DNA of 64,000 nt, taken from NCBI GenBank assembly GCA_050613775.1, contig JBODTK010000106.1:496001-560000 (forward strand). Reading direction: 5' to 3'. The notes under the pieces were generated by a model. It worked only from the letters and a program-made list of their open reading frames with translations. It made no database searches and was not told where the DNA came from. This document shows, one piece after another, positions 30,493 to 44,511 of the stretch (positions are counted from its first letter, which is position 1; each line of letters begins with the position of its first letter). Origin of the DNA: Neocallimastix sp. 'constans'. Taxonomy: Eukaryota. The position numbers were made by a program, and so were the translations under genes.

Positions 30493-31551
30493 ATGGAAGA
30501 TAGATCATTTAATATTTTAAGCAACAAAAAACTTACTGTCGAAACCTATCCTCTTTGGGCATCAGATATGGATCTAATATTAACAGCCAATGAATTAGAT
30601 CAATATATCTACGAAAACAACATGAAGAAGATCTCGAAAAACTCAGAAAATTTTGAATCTTCAAAGGGAATTAAAATTAGAGGAACTGAGATATACTATC
30701 ATAAATCAGTCACGAAAAATATGATAGTTGGTGACAGCAAAGCAAAAAGATACATCAGTATGAATTTAGAAAATGAAATAAAGTTAAGTATTGACTTCAA
30801 AAACAGTTCCGCATATGAAATATGGGAGTTATTGAAAAAGACTTTTACTAAAGGTAAAGAGGAAATGAAATTACAACTAAATGAAAAATTAGAGAATATG
30901 ACCTATGATAAATCTTCAGACATAGGAATATTCATAGCCAACATGGAAGTCACATTTAATAAATTAGAAGAATTAGGTGATAAAGTCAGTGATGAAAGAA
31001 AATTCAACTATTTATATAATGCTCTTCCATCAGACATTACCCAATTAACAAATATGTTAGGTTTTCAAAATGATTGGAATAGATGTTGCGATATGTTAAA
31101 AACATCAATTCCAAAGATAAAGTTCTTAAATAGCTTAAGAATTAAGCAAGAGAAAACAAAAGCATTTAGTAGTGAAACAAAAACAATAGAAAGTGTCAAA
31201 AGATATAAACAAAATAGAAATCTTAGCAAGAAAAATAGGAAAAATATAAAGTGCCACAACTGTGGCGGATTTGGCCATATATCACGTGAGTGCCTCAAGA
31301 ATGGAAGAATTCATGGAGGTGTAGTGTACGATAAATATGGTAAAAGACACTACAAAGAGAAGAAAATGAAACACCAACAACATGCAGATAACGTAGAAGT
31401 CAATGAGCAAGAAGAAGAATCTGAAAGGTATGTAGATATATACAGTAATGCCTTAAATATGGACTATAATGATGAAAGGGAGGAAAGTCAATCCAACTGC
31501 GTAACAACAAGAATCCCAAAAAATAAAACCAATATCAAAAATTTTCATTAA
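30493..31551 (+). CDS. Copia Gag with CCHC zinc knuckle
   Basis: SAYEIWELLK, LYNALP, CHNCGGFGHISREC. Confidence 0.92.
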   Translation: MEDRSFNILSNKKLTVETYPLWASDMDLILTANELDQYIYENNMKKISKNSENFESSKGIKIRGTEIYYHKSVTKNMIVGDSKAKRYISMNLENEIKLSIDFKNSSAYEIWELLKKTFTKGKEEMKLQLNEKLENMTYDKSSDIGIFIANMEVTFNKLEELGDKVSDERKFNYLYNALPSDITQLTNMLGFQNDWNRCCDMLKTSIPKIKFLNSLRIKQEKTKAFSSETKTIESVKRYKQNRNLSKKNRKNIKCHNCGGFGHISRECLKNGRIHGGVVYDKYGKRHYKEKKMKHQQHADNVEVNEQEEESERYVDIYSNALNMDYNDEREESQSNCVTTRIPKNKTNIKNFH

Positions 31552-33524
31552 AACAATATACTAGGCAGAGCTTAAGTTATTATACTGCCAAGTATAAAAA
31601 ACGTAATAATAACAAAGAAAATAAAATTAATAAAAATAACAACAACATTACTGTGTGGACATTAGATTCTGGGGCGTCATACCACATGACCCATGATGAA
31701 AATAATTTAGTGAATACACGTGATTTTCATATAACTATATATTTTGCTAATGGAGGAATGGTAAAATCCAAAAGTATTGGTAATTATATTGGTTTAATTA
31801 ACAATCATAAAATTATTTTGAATGATGTTATATATGTGCCATCCTTTAAAAGAAGTCTAATTTCTATAGATCATTTAAGTAAAGATAATTATAAAACTGT
31901 ATTTTGTAAAAATAAGTATGATAATAAAAACTGTGCCATCTTATATAATGATAATGGAAAACGAATTTATACATCATACGCTAACAATTCAAAAGTTTAC
32001 AAAATACTAACTAGTAAAAATAATATAAATAATAATTCAAATAATGTTGTATGTTATAATATACAAAATGCTATAAACGATTCTAATATGGATTTATGGC
32101 ATAGAAGAATGGGTCATTTTAATATTGACTCTATTAAAGATAAATTAAATAAAATATATATAAAACACAAATGCAAAATTTGTTCTTGTTCAAAATTAAA
32201 AAACCTCCCCTATAAACCATCCACCAACCATATGACAAAACCATTTGAACTTATTCATATGGACTTAGTGTTCGTTCCCGATTATTCTATTTACGGGAAT
32301 AAATATTTTTTATCTATTCTTGACGATTATTCAAGATATAGTTGGGTCCTCTTCATAAAGAGAAAAAGTGATACATTTAAAACCTTTATTATATGGTACA
32401 ATCAAATCAAAAACTTATTTGATAATTGTAATATTAAATATATTAAAACTGATAACGGTACAGAATTCTTTAACAATAATTTCAACGAATTCTACGAAAG
32501 AACAGGAATAATACATGAGCATACTATTGCTCATAATCCACAACAAAATGGTAGGGTGGAAAGACTTCATGGGACATTAATATCTAATGGTGATGCTATG
32601 CTTAATGATGCAAAGTTAAACCATAAATTTTGGGAAGATGCTGTATCCACAGCAAATTATATACACAACAGATTGCCACATAAAGGCAACAATAACAAAG
32701 TACCATATGAAATCTTGTTTAAAAGTAAAGTTGACTACAATAAATTTAGAGTCTTTGGTTGTCGTGTATATTTTTACGTTCCAAAACAATTTAGGAAGAA
32801 GTTTTGCAATACAACTCTCCCTGGTATCTTTCTCGGATACGATGAAATAAACCATACCGCTTACAAAATATATGATATTAAAAATAACAAAATAATTCTA
32901 GCTCGCACTGTAGAGTTTCTTGAGGATGAACCTGCAAATTTAAGTGCTCCTCTATCATCACCGGATAATATAAATTTTACTAATTATTATGAAGATGAAG
33001 AGATAGACTATATGAATAGTGATGATAATGGAAATAATATAAATGATGAGAATAATGAATACAATATAATTTATAATATAAACAATAATAATAATGACAA
33101 TAATAATAATAATAATACCAAAATTAACGAAATTAATAATTTAATCAATGAACATAACTATAATAATATATATCGTCCAAATAATAATAATTTTATTAAT
33201 ATGGATCAAAATCAAAATAATTTAATTTTACAAAATCAAAATAATATTATTGGACCTCCACAACATAACAATAATTTTGAAGATAACAATAATAAAAATT
33301 TTTCAATTTCTAATTTAAACAACCAATTAAATAATTTAAATTATAAATTTAATGATCAATCATTAAATTTAGATAATAATAATAAAACTAATTCAAATGT
33401 TATAAATCATAATTTAAATAATTTTAATCAGAAAAATATTAATTCCATTTATTTCCAAGAAGAAAATAATAAGGATTTTCATAATGGAAATAAAGAAAGA
33501 TTTAATATTGATAATTTAATTGAA

Positions 33525-33564
<40 letters not shown>

Positions 33565-36194
33565 TTACCTCAAATGAATTAATTCGAAATAATCAAGTAA
33601 ATTTAGACAAAAATCAAATAACAAGTTCAGGAATAAATACAGGAGCAGATATTAAAGATAATTTAAATTCAGACGTAAGTAAAAATTTGAATTATTTTGA
33701 ATCAATAAATAAAAAAGTAAATAACATAGGAATAAACAAAATAAATTTAAGCAAAAATAATTTAAATTTAAATATAAATAAAAATTCTGATTATTCTAAT
33801 GAAGTAAGTAATAATTATAATTACTCAAATAACGGTTATAGTTCTAATGTAAATAATAATAATATAAATAACAATTACATGGGGAATGATTTAAATCATA
33901 ATTTAAATATTGATAATATTAACCCTATTGATAATAATTCTAATATAAGTGTAAATAAACCAATAAATATAGTAATTAAAAATAATTCAAATTCAAATAA
34001 TCAAATAAAAAATAAAAATGAACCAGATAGTGAAAAATATATTTCACAGGATATATCAGGAATTAATATCAATGAAAATAATGTCTGTAGGAAACATATT
34101 TTACGAGATAGATTTTTGCGTGAATTTGCAATTAGAAATTCGAATTCAAAACAAAATAAACAAAATTGTAATGTTTACAATGATAAGAATGTGAATGAAA
34201 TTGTAAATAATAATAACATAAGAAATGAACAAAAGATAAGTAATGCAGTTAGTAATAATAATAGTGACAATATGAATAATAATAAGAATGTTATTAATAA
34301 AATAACTATTAATAAGAAATATAAAAATAAACAAGAATCCACAGAATTCTTGCTAAATAAATTAAAAGAACCTTCAAGGACTTCAAACGGTTTAAATAAT
34401 AAATGTAATAATAAAAATGGCAATAATACACAAAAACAAAGCGTTAGAAAGCAAAGTGTGAAAAATAACAAAAATGATAGCCATAAACAGGTTAATAAAA
34501 ATAGTATCATATATGTTAAGAAAAATAATAACAAACGTAAAAAAATTTATAAAGATGAATATAATATTGTAAAACACCCATCAAAAAAATATAAATCATT
34601 TAGTATAGATGATATAATAGGTACTAATGCTTTTCTAGCTGTAGATAATAATAATTCTATTGAACCACGCAGTTATAAAGAGATATTTTCCATGAAAGAT
34701 AAAGACATGTGGTTGAAGGCAGTGGATGAAGAACTAAACAATATGAAGAAAATGAATGTATTTTCAATAATCCGTAAAGTACCAAAAGATGCCAATGTTA
34801 TTTCAACAAGGTGGGTCCTTAAACATAAGAAAGATCCTGAAGGTAAGATAATCAAATATAAAGCTAGATTAGTAGCTAAGGGGTATAGCCAGGTGTATGG
34901 AATTGATTTCAAGAATACTTTTTCACCTACCCTTAAACAAGACACGCTCAAAATAATAATAGCTATTTCTGTTCAAAATAAATTTCAAATACATCAAATG
35001 GATATTAAAGCGGCGTATCTAAACGCAAAGCTGGACGAAGACATTTATATGCTACTGCCAGAAGGAGTGAATAAAAAGGGGTATTGCAAATTGAATAAAG
35101 CTTTATATGGTTTAAGGCAATCCGGAAGAATGTGGAATGAGACCCTTAACAAGGTATTGTGAGAGTTGAATTTTAATAGATTTTTAAGTGATCCATGTGT
35201 TTACATTAAAAAGGATAAAACTAACAAGATTATATGCTTATTAGCAGTTTATGTGGACGATATAATTGTTGCTGGGAAGTATGATCAAATAATTAAAACG
35301 AAATCTTTAATTAAAAATAATTTTGAAGCTACAGATGTAGGTGAAGTAGACTTTATTATAGGTATAAAGTTTGAAAAATGTAATGATGGTTATATTATCC
35401 ATCAGAAGAAATATCTTAATGAAATTTTAAATAAGTTTAATATCAATAAATATAATCCAGTATCAAATACAACACCAATCGAGTCTATTGAATTAAGGAG
35501 TAAAAAATTTAATGTAACAAAATATAAGCAAGCTATAGGATCCTTGTTATATTTAGCTATCAGCACGAGGCCGGACATATTATTTTCTGTGAGTAAAGCT
35601 TCCAGAAAATCCGATAATCCAACATACGAAGATTGGTACAATGTACTAAAAATTTTTAGATACTTGAAAGGTAATCCTAATTATGGAATTAAATTCACTT
35701 ATACTAATACTTTTAATTTTAATGTTTATGTTGACGCCGATTTAGGTGGTGATAAGGAAACAAGGAAGTCAACTACTGGATTTGTAATGATGATAAACTC
35801 AGCTCCTACTAGTTGGTATTCCAAACTGCAACATTGTGTTTCAGTTTCTACTGCGGAAAGTGAGTATTATGGAATTCATGAGTGTGCAAGACACTGTCTC
35901 TGGTATAGAAATATATTTAAGGAACTTGGACTTAAGCAGGATGTTATTACAATAAACACCGATAATAAAGCTGCAATTTACAATTGCGAAAATGAAACTA
36001 TTAATCCGAAATCTAAGCACATCGACCTACGATATCACAGTATAAGAGAATTAATCAAGAAAGGTTATATCAATTTAAAGTATATAAAATCGGAAAATAA
36101 CTTATCCGATGGATTTACCAAATATCTAAATTCTACTTTAATGACCAGGTTTAGAAATAATATTCTCTATGATCTAAACAATATTAAACTTTAG
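31527..36194 (+). pseudogene. Copia Pol (PR-IN-RT-RH) in the -1 frame, with one in-frame TGA at 35160-35162
   Basis: WTLDSGASYH; LWHRRMGH...CKIC; IHMDL, TDNGTEF, QNGRVER; YKARLVAKG, QMDIKAAYLN, VYVDDI; YVDADLG, SDGFTK. Confidence 0.93.
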
Positions 36195-36200
36195 GGGGAA

Positions 36201-36528
36201 TGTTAAAAATAAAGTTTAATATTTTAATTAAGTCTTGTATAATTAAGATTTACTTATTTATTAAATTAAATATGTTTTTCATTATTTTGTATAATGTAAA
36301 ATATTATGAGGCGTATTAATGATGTACATCATATATTTACAATTATAACTAATACAGTTAAATTAAATTTTATTAATGTATATACATTTAAGGATTATGA
36401 TAATTAATCCTATAATAAAAAAATATTACTAAAAGTATATAGTTATTAAAATAATAATAAAATTATAATAAAATAAAATAAAGTGATCACATAATAAAAA
36501 CTAAACAAAAATAACATATACTTTAAAA
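36201..36528 (+). repeat. 3' LTR of Copia-2
   Basis: Follows the PPT and is followed by TSD ATAAT. Confidence 0.95.
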
Positions 36529-38029
36529 ATAATAAGGAAAATTAATTATATGCTAATGATATATTTCAAATACTAAATTCATTGCAAGGATTATATTGGT
36601 TAATAATTTTAATTTAAATGTATGACAAAAATATTAATATTATTATGTAAATCATTATCATTATTTATCATAGTAATACTAAATAATATTAATAATAATA
36701 TTAATAATAATATAAATAATATTGTCATTAAATAATAAAATATATTAATATAATGGATAGTAAATTCTTGAAATGATCTTAACTTTTTTTTTTAATCTTT
36801 TTATCCTTTGACAATGTTTAAAAATTGATTTAATTAATGTTTTTTATAATCTCACATAAATATCATGTTAATTGAACTTAAATATTTATATATAATTATA
36901 AAAATTATAAAAATTATTTTTCATTAATTATAATAAAATTCTTATAATAAATGACATAAGAATTTTTAAAGTATAAAGTTATAATATTTAATAAATATAA
37001 AAAAAACAAATAAAAAAATAACTTTAAAATAATATAATGAATTTAGTTTAATTTTTGTTTTATTAAAAAAGAAAAAGTAAACTTAAAAAATTTCTTCATA
37101 AACTGGAGACAATATTTTAATCATGGATTTAATTTTATATTATTTTATTAAATAATAATAACTTATTTATATAATTTAATAATCATATTAACAATATCTA
37201 GATTCCTTTAATAAAATGTTTTTTTTTTCTTTTTTACTAGAAATGGTAATTTTTAATTTTTTTTTTGTTATAGTTTGTAGTAGTATAAAGTTTAATATTT
37301 TAAATTAAACTATAAAGTATTTAGTATATAAAACTTTAAATAGTTTAAAATATAATTATTATATTAATATATTATTTATTTATAATTACTATATATATAA
37401 ATAATTAAAATATTAATTTCTATTGCAAATAAAATAAAATAAATTTAAATAACTATTTTATTATAAAGTGTAAGAATCAGGAATTCAGAGTTTATAATTA
37501 TGCCAATTTTATTAATATATTTTATAATAAAGAGTTTCTTAACATTTAAATTCTAAATTTAATGCTTTTATACTATTAAATATAAATATATATTTATATA
37601 TTTATGCCTTTATATCGTATTTTAGCATGCCCTTAGTTACTAATTTAAAATAATATTTTCTTGTTGTTTCTGGTACTAACTTATAAAATTTCAAAGGAAA
37701 AAATTCCCAAGGAAGAAAGAAAAAGATTATAGCTTTATTTTTCAAGATATATTCGTTTATATCTTTTCCTTCTAATAAACGAAATATATGTTGTTTCGTA
37801 CTTTCCCTTTAATTTAAATATGTAATTAATAATAAAATAATTATTCCAATTTAATATATTTATATGGGGAAAAAAAGTATTTTTCATTTTTTTCAATATA
37901 TATTATTGCTTTATACTTTAATTTTTTTTTATTTTTTATATAATTAAATATTGGTTTTGACCTAATAAAAAAATTTTACATTTTTTTTTTATTTTTTTTT
38001 TATTTGTATATCATACTAGATTAATTTTC

Positions 38030-38094
<65 letters not shown>

Positions 38095-39264
38095 ATTGTA
38101 AACTTTATTTGTATTATTCCTAAAATTTGGGACAAACAATAAAGACATATTTATATAAAATTATGATTTTAATACTATAATTAATAGATAAATGTCTTTT
38201 TTCTATTTAATAAAAAATAATACTTTGATTACGATCATGGTTCAAAAATAATTTTCATAAAATAATCATTCGATATATATAATAAGATTTTAATACATGT
38301 AATTAATATTTTTAGTTATAATTTAAATTAAAGAATAAAAAAAGAAAAGCCAAAGAATTATTAATGTATATAATTAAATTCCATATATATCTTAATTGCC
38401 TTTCTTTTTTTTTTTGTTAATTTAGAAATTAAATCTTTCATACAAATATAATTATTAATTAATTACCTAATAAATGAATTTATGAAAAGAAGAATTTCGT
38501 ATGTTTTTATTTTCTATTCTAAAGGGGAAAAAAAATGAAAAGAAAAGAAAAAAAATTCTCTACATTACCTTAATATTTTTATATCAATGAAAAATTATCT
38601 TTATTATTATATTCTTTTCATCAAAAAAAAAAAAATCTTTATTTTTTTAATGATATATAAATTAAATATGTTAGTTTTAAAAAAAATTAATTAGATAGAA
38701 AAAAAATTTAATAAAAAATAAAATAACAAAAAAAATATTAATGCTAATAATTATACTAATGAATAATAATGGAAGAGTAATAATAATAATAATAATTTTT
38801 TTATTATTAATAAATTTCTGTATTTCCTTAATTTAATATATAATTTATTTTTATAAATATTATGAATGCCAACCTATTGTTCTTTTTTCCCTTTTTTTCC
38901 TATTTATTTTATTGTTTAATAATAAAAAAAAATTGCATGGAATATATTTTTAAAATTTTATGCTTCATATTATTTTTAATTTATATAAATGCATAAAATT
39001 TTTTATTATATTTACAATATATATTAAAACTAATTTTATTTTAAAAAAAATTTTTTTATTTATTATTAATTATTATTATGTTTTATGATAAATTTAATTT
39101 TTAATTATTCCACAAAATTATTTAAAAAAAATTTTTTTAATATTTTTAACTTTTATATGTATTAATAATTAGTATTATCTTTTTGAATTAAATTTAAAAA
39201 AAAAAATAATTTAATTATTATTTTTTATTTTTTGTTTTTTAGATTCATGGTCTAGAACATTTAA

Positions 39265-39295
<31 letters not shown>

Positions 39296-40177
39296 AAATT
39301 ATAATATTTTCTTTGTATTATTATTTTTATAAAGACTATAATATTAATTTTTGATTTAATTAATTATTTATTGAGTTATATTATTGCCTATGTTAATTAT
39401 TTATTTTATTTTAAATTGTTCATAACCGTAGAAATTATTTATAAAATTTCCATAATTTTTGAAGGCAATTTTTACTATAATGAGAGTGAATAATATTTAT
39501 ATTTTAAATATTTTATTATATTAAATATTTAAAAAAAAAAAAAAAATCTACCAATTTTGTAATATTACATATTATAAATAATTATTAAATTTTTTTTTAT
39601 TAAAAAAAAAAAGAAAAAAAAAAAAACTCTTTAAATTATTAATAAAATAATATTATTTTATAAAAAATATTATTTATAAAAAATATTATAATTAAAAAAA
39701 ATTCTTAATTATTAAAAAAGATGTTAATAATGAAAGTAACAATGTTAAAATAACATCAATGATTTTATTATTTATTGCTTTTATGATGAATTAAATTTTA
39801 TGTCATAATACTAATTTTTAATATTGATTTACATTAATTATTATAATATATTAATTTATAATACTATTTACATATTTTTAAATGAGTTTATTGATTCTAC
39901 GTATATTGAAGTATAAGTATAATTTATTTATTATTTATAATTATTTTTTTTTTTTAAAATAACAATAATAATAATTATAATAATAATAAAAAAAAAACAT
40001 GGTCTAGAACTTTTTTTTTTTTTTTAAAAAAAAAGCTAATTAATTTTTATTGGTATAATAAATATAATAATTAAAATTTTTTTTTAAAAAAAGTGACAGC
40101 AAAAAAAAGTATAAAAGATACTTTTAATTAATTAATATTATTATTATAAATAAAATTTATTTATTTGGTTTCCTTTC

Positions 40178-40209
<32 letters not shown>

Positions 40210-40322
40210 TAATGAAAATACTAAAGGTGCCATACAATATTTATTAAAATACAACAACAATAATAAATATAATGATGAATAAAATTACAATGCGTGATTC
40301 ATTATAAAAATTGAAATAATAA

Positions 40323-40357
<35 letters not shown>

Positions 40358-41471
40358 TAAAATGATAGAAATATAATTTATAGTAATTATTAAATGTTTA
40401 AACTTTAAAAAACAAAAAAAAAAAAAAAACGTTAAAGCAATTGCTAAAATCAAAATTTTATGATGTTCAGTTCTTTTTATTTTATAATAATTTATCATTG
40501 AAATTATTAGCTATCTTGTAAAATAATTTTTTATTTTGTTAGTATCATTATTATCTTTATTAAAAAAAAAAAAAAAAAAAAGAAAGAGGATGAGAAAATT
40601 TTTATATATTACTATTAATAATTTGGTTTTAAGAATTTTTATCATTAAAATAAATTAATTTATATTTTATCTTTTATAATGTTAATATTTTTAATTTAAT
40701 ATAATTAAAAAAAATTTTTTTTATAATTTTAAAATTTATGACTATTTCTCTATCTATTAATCATTATATATAATATATATATAAAATATTTAATTTTATT
40801 ATATTATTTATAATGTATATTATATAATATAAAATATTTAATTTTTTTAAGTTTTATTATTCCACATTTATTTTTTACTATTATTCATATATAAATAAAT
40901 AATTATTTATATATGAATAAATGAAGTCTAATTTTTTAGTATTCAGAATATATATTATATAATATGATATATAATTGATTTTAAACAATTGATATTTTCA
41001 ATATAATTTAATATATTGATAATTGTAACCAATTTATAATACTTTTTTTTAATATTAATATAGAGGTAATATAAAAAATAAATATAAAGTTAATTTATTA
41101 TTAAATTTATTTAATTATAAAAATATATTAGTTGACTAAATTAATATGTAATATATATTATAATATATAAAAATTATATATTGAATTTAATATAATACTG
41201 AATTTTCTATTATAATAAATATTTTTTTTTTCTTTATCAATAAAACTATTTATTATTCTATAATGATCATAATTAATACTGGAATAATTAAAAAAGTATA
41301 AAAACAACAAAATTTTCTCTTATAGTAATTTTTTTTTTTATTTATCTATTAACTCATTATTCAAAAAGAAGTTTAAATATAAAAAATAAAAATTTTAAAA
41401 AAATTTATTAGAAAAGTTTGAAGTAATTGTTTAAGCTATTTTATATTTTAAAATAAAAGTTGTAAAAAAAG

Positions 41472-42086
41472 ATGTGTAATACTCCAATGGAAACTTATGC
41501 TCATTTACCATCACCACCTTTATCACCATTCAGTAATTGTGATGATGGTTTGGAAATTGAAACATTTGAATGTAGTATGCAAGAGAAGGAAATTAAAGAC
41601 GAAACTACATTGAGATCTCCAAATGAAAATCCTATAATAAATGAAAAAGAAATATTAAGAATTTCTTTTATGAAAATGATAGAAGAAGGCATTAAAGCTG
41701 ATGGTGTAATTATACCATATCAGTATTATATCCAAAAGTTACATAAAATTGGTAACAAAATCATTAACAAGAAGTCTAAAGATGCGGTACCACTTCGTAT
41801 ATTTGAAAAAGGAACTGAAAATTATCAAGAGTTTTGGGTTCATCCAATGATTCTTTCTCTACAATCTTTCCAATTCTTTAAACTTTTTAATTCATTAAAG
41901 AATAAAAATGAAGGAGAAATAATTGAAATTGAAGTTCCATCTCTAAAAACATTTGCTATTATTCTTTATTACATATATACTGGTGATAGTAGTAAGGTTT
42001 TAGAAATTGCAAAGTTAGAAGAATTATTATGTAAAGGAATAATAGATAACATTCATTATTTAGAAATTATTACTGAGAACTTTTAA
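41472..42086 (+). CDS. Single-exon BTB/POZ-like domain protein
   Basis: FWVHPMILSLQS..F.KLF...IEIEVPSLKTFAIILYYIYTG matches the BTB pattern. Confidence 0.75.
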   Translation: MCNTPMETYAHLPSPPLSPFSNCDDGLEIETFECSMQEKEIKDETTLRSPNENPIINEKEILRISFMKMIEEGIKADGVIIPYQYYIQKLHKIGNKIINKKSKDAVPLRIFEKGTENYQEFWVHPMILSLQSFQFFKLFNSLKNKNEGEIIEIEVPSLKTFAIILYYIYTGDSSKVLEIAKLEELLCKGIIDNIHYLEIITENF

Positions 42087-43554
42087 TCAATAATAATTAT
42101 TTTTAACAAAAAATTCATATTTTATTGTTAATCATCATTCTAATTACCATACTTTATAATATACATATATATATTTTTAATTTGAAATAATGGTTATAAA
42201 ATGTTATAACAATATACCCATTTCAAGAAATAATAATAATGAAATAATAATTATAATAATAAAATTTATAGATAATAATATAATATATAATATATAATAT
42301 AATATATAGATTTTTTATTTCTTAATAATTATTTTTTTTTTTTTTTTTTTTTTTTTTTTGTTTAACAAAAATTGTATATATGATTCTACTTTGTAAGAAA
42401 TAATAATAAATAAAAAAAATTAATAAATAAATAATTATTATCATAAAAAAAAAAAAAAATAAAAATAAAATTATTTCATAAATAATTAAAATATTAAAAA
42501 AATAATTTTTTAAAGATATTAAAAAATGAATTTTGTAATAAGATTAAATTATTGTAAATGGTTGAGTAATGTGTGCATAGTTTAAACTTTTTAAAGTTTC
42601 CATGATAATATTCTCAGAAGATTAAAAATTAGATTGTATAATATATAGTAAATAATTAAAAGTATAAAATTTTGATTAAGTATTATAATAAATACATTAA
42701 AATAATGAATAATATATTATTAATATCAATAATATGTGAAAAAAACAAAATAACTATTTATCTTAATGTATTTATATATAATTTTATAAAAAGAAATTTA
42801 TATTTTTACAATGCTTTTCACAAATGCTATTAATATTTAAATAAATATTACATAGTATTATTGCATTTTAATAAATTTAATTAAATATATAAATTTATTC
42901 ATTTGAAATAAAAATTAATACTTCAAATTGATAACAAATAATTTAATATAATGGAATAAAAGGATAATAATATAAAATAATATAGTACCATTGAAACTAT
43001 AAAAAAAAAAAATTGCACATTAAATTAATAATATAAAATAAAATATTCATGATGACATAATATTATTATATAAATAATAATAAATTATAGGCTAATATAT
43101 GTCATCATGTTTCCTTATTAAATATTTTTTATGAATACTAAAATAAAAACTACACTAATAAAGATAATAAGTATGGATTAAAATGATTATGATTTAATAT
43201 TATAATAATTATATAATTTATTAATAAAAACAATAATTTAATGAAATAAAATTATTATAATTAAAAAATAAAAAATTAATGAAATAGAATTTTATATTAA
43301 TAATAAAATGATATAGAATTTACTATTAGAAAAAATATAAATCATATTATTTATAGTTTTTTTTTTTTAAAAAAAAATAATAAATAAATTAACATTAAAA
43401 AAATTTGCATATATAGTCTTTGATTTTTTTTTACTTATATATATATATATAATTTAAAAATGATATTAAAAATGATATTTAAATATTACAAAAAATACAA
43501 TTTTTTTATTATTTGTACTTCATAAAGACGACAAAAAAAATTTTTTACGAATAA

Positions 43555-43593
<39 letters not shown>

Positions 43594-43728
43594 ATTAATA
43601 AACATTTTATTAATAAATATTTTTAAAGTTTAAATTAAATTAATTGTATATAATTTTCATGAATAACTTTTTTTCTATAATTTTTTCTTTTTTTATTTTT
43701 TTATAATTAAAGTCAATTTAAAATATTT

Positions 43729-43763
<35 letters not shown>

Positions 43764-44511
43764 TTGACATAAATATTGTATTGGTAATATTTAAAAAAAT
43801 TTTTTTTATAATTATAGCTTTTTATATTTTATTATTATTATTGGATATACATAAATTATTTTTTTAAGTGAAATAAAATATATATTTTATTATAATTAAA
43901 TAATATAATTTTTAATAGCATATTAATATATATTAATATTTTTTTTAGAAATTTATTCATTGCCCTTTTTTTTTTTTTTTTTTTTTTTATTTTATATATG
44001 TTTTATATTATTAATGAAAATTTCGATACTTCAAAAGAATTATTTTTTTTTTATTGTAGTTTCACTTAATACTAATCAATAAATAAACTATTTAAAAATT
44101 TTTTTTATTATTAATAATGTTATAATAATAATAATCTAAATTTTAATTTATGTTTATATCATTTAAGAAATTTTAATTTAAAAATTACTAATTATGGTGA
44201 TAATTGAATAAATATTACATTACATTTATATTACATTAATGTAAAATCTAAAATATATAAAAGTATTATTACAATTTAATAATAGTAATTATAAATCATT
44301 AAATTAAATAGCTGTTGTAATAATAATAATAAAAATATATAATTATAATTATAATACAATAATAAATAATAATATTATTATTCATAATTATAATTATGAT
44401 TATAATAATTATAATAATAATTAATAATAATATTAATCTAATAATAATAAATAATTATAGTAGTAATATACATAAAAGATAATATATTTAATTTTTGATT
44501 ATATTATATAT

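Larger units (their letters stand above)
30029..36528 (+). mobile_element. Full-length Ty1/Copia LTR retrotransposon (Copia-2)
   Basis: 328-bp LTRs at 30029-30356 and 36201-36528 (two substitutions seen). TSD ATAAT at 30024-30028 and 36529-36533. PPT AGGGGGAA at 36193-36200. Order gag-PR-IN-RT-RH. Confidence 0.97.

Noticed and set aside
31065..35641. Short antisense or alternate-frame ORFs inside Copia-2, and similar ones in the Gypsy elements
   Set aside because: Shadows of the real ORFs, with no motifs.
40881..40920. Inverted repeat TTATTCATATA...TATATGAATAA
   Set aside because: Almost pure A/T and expected by chance at this composition.
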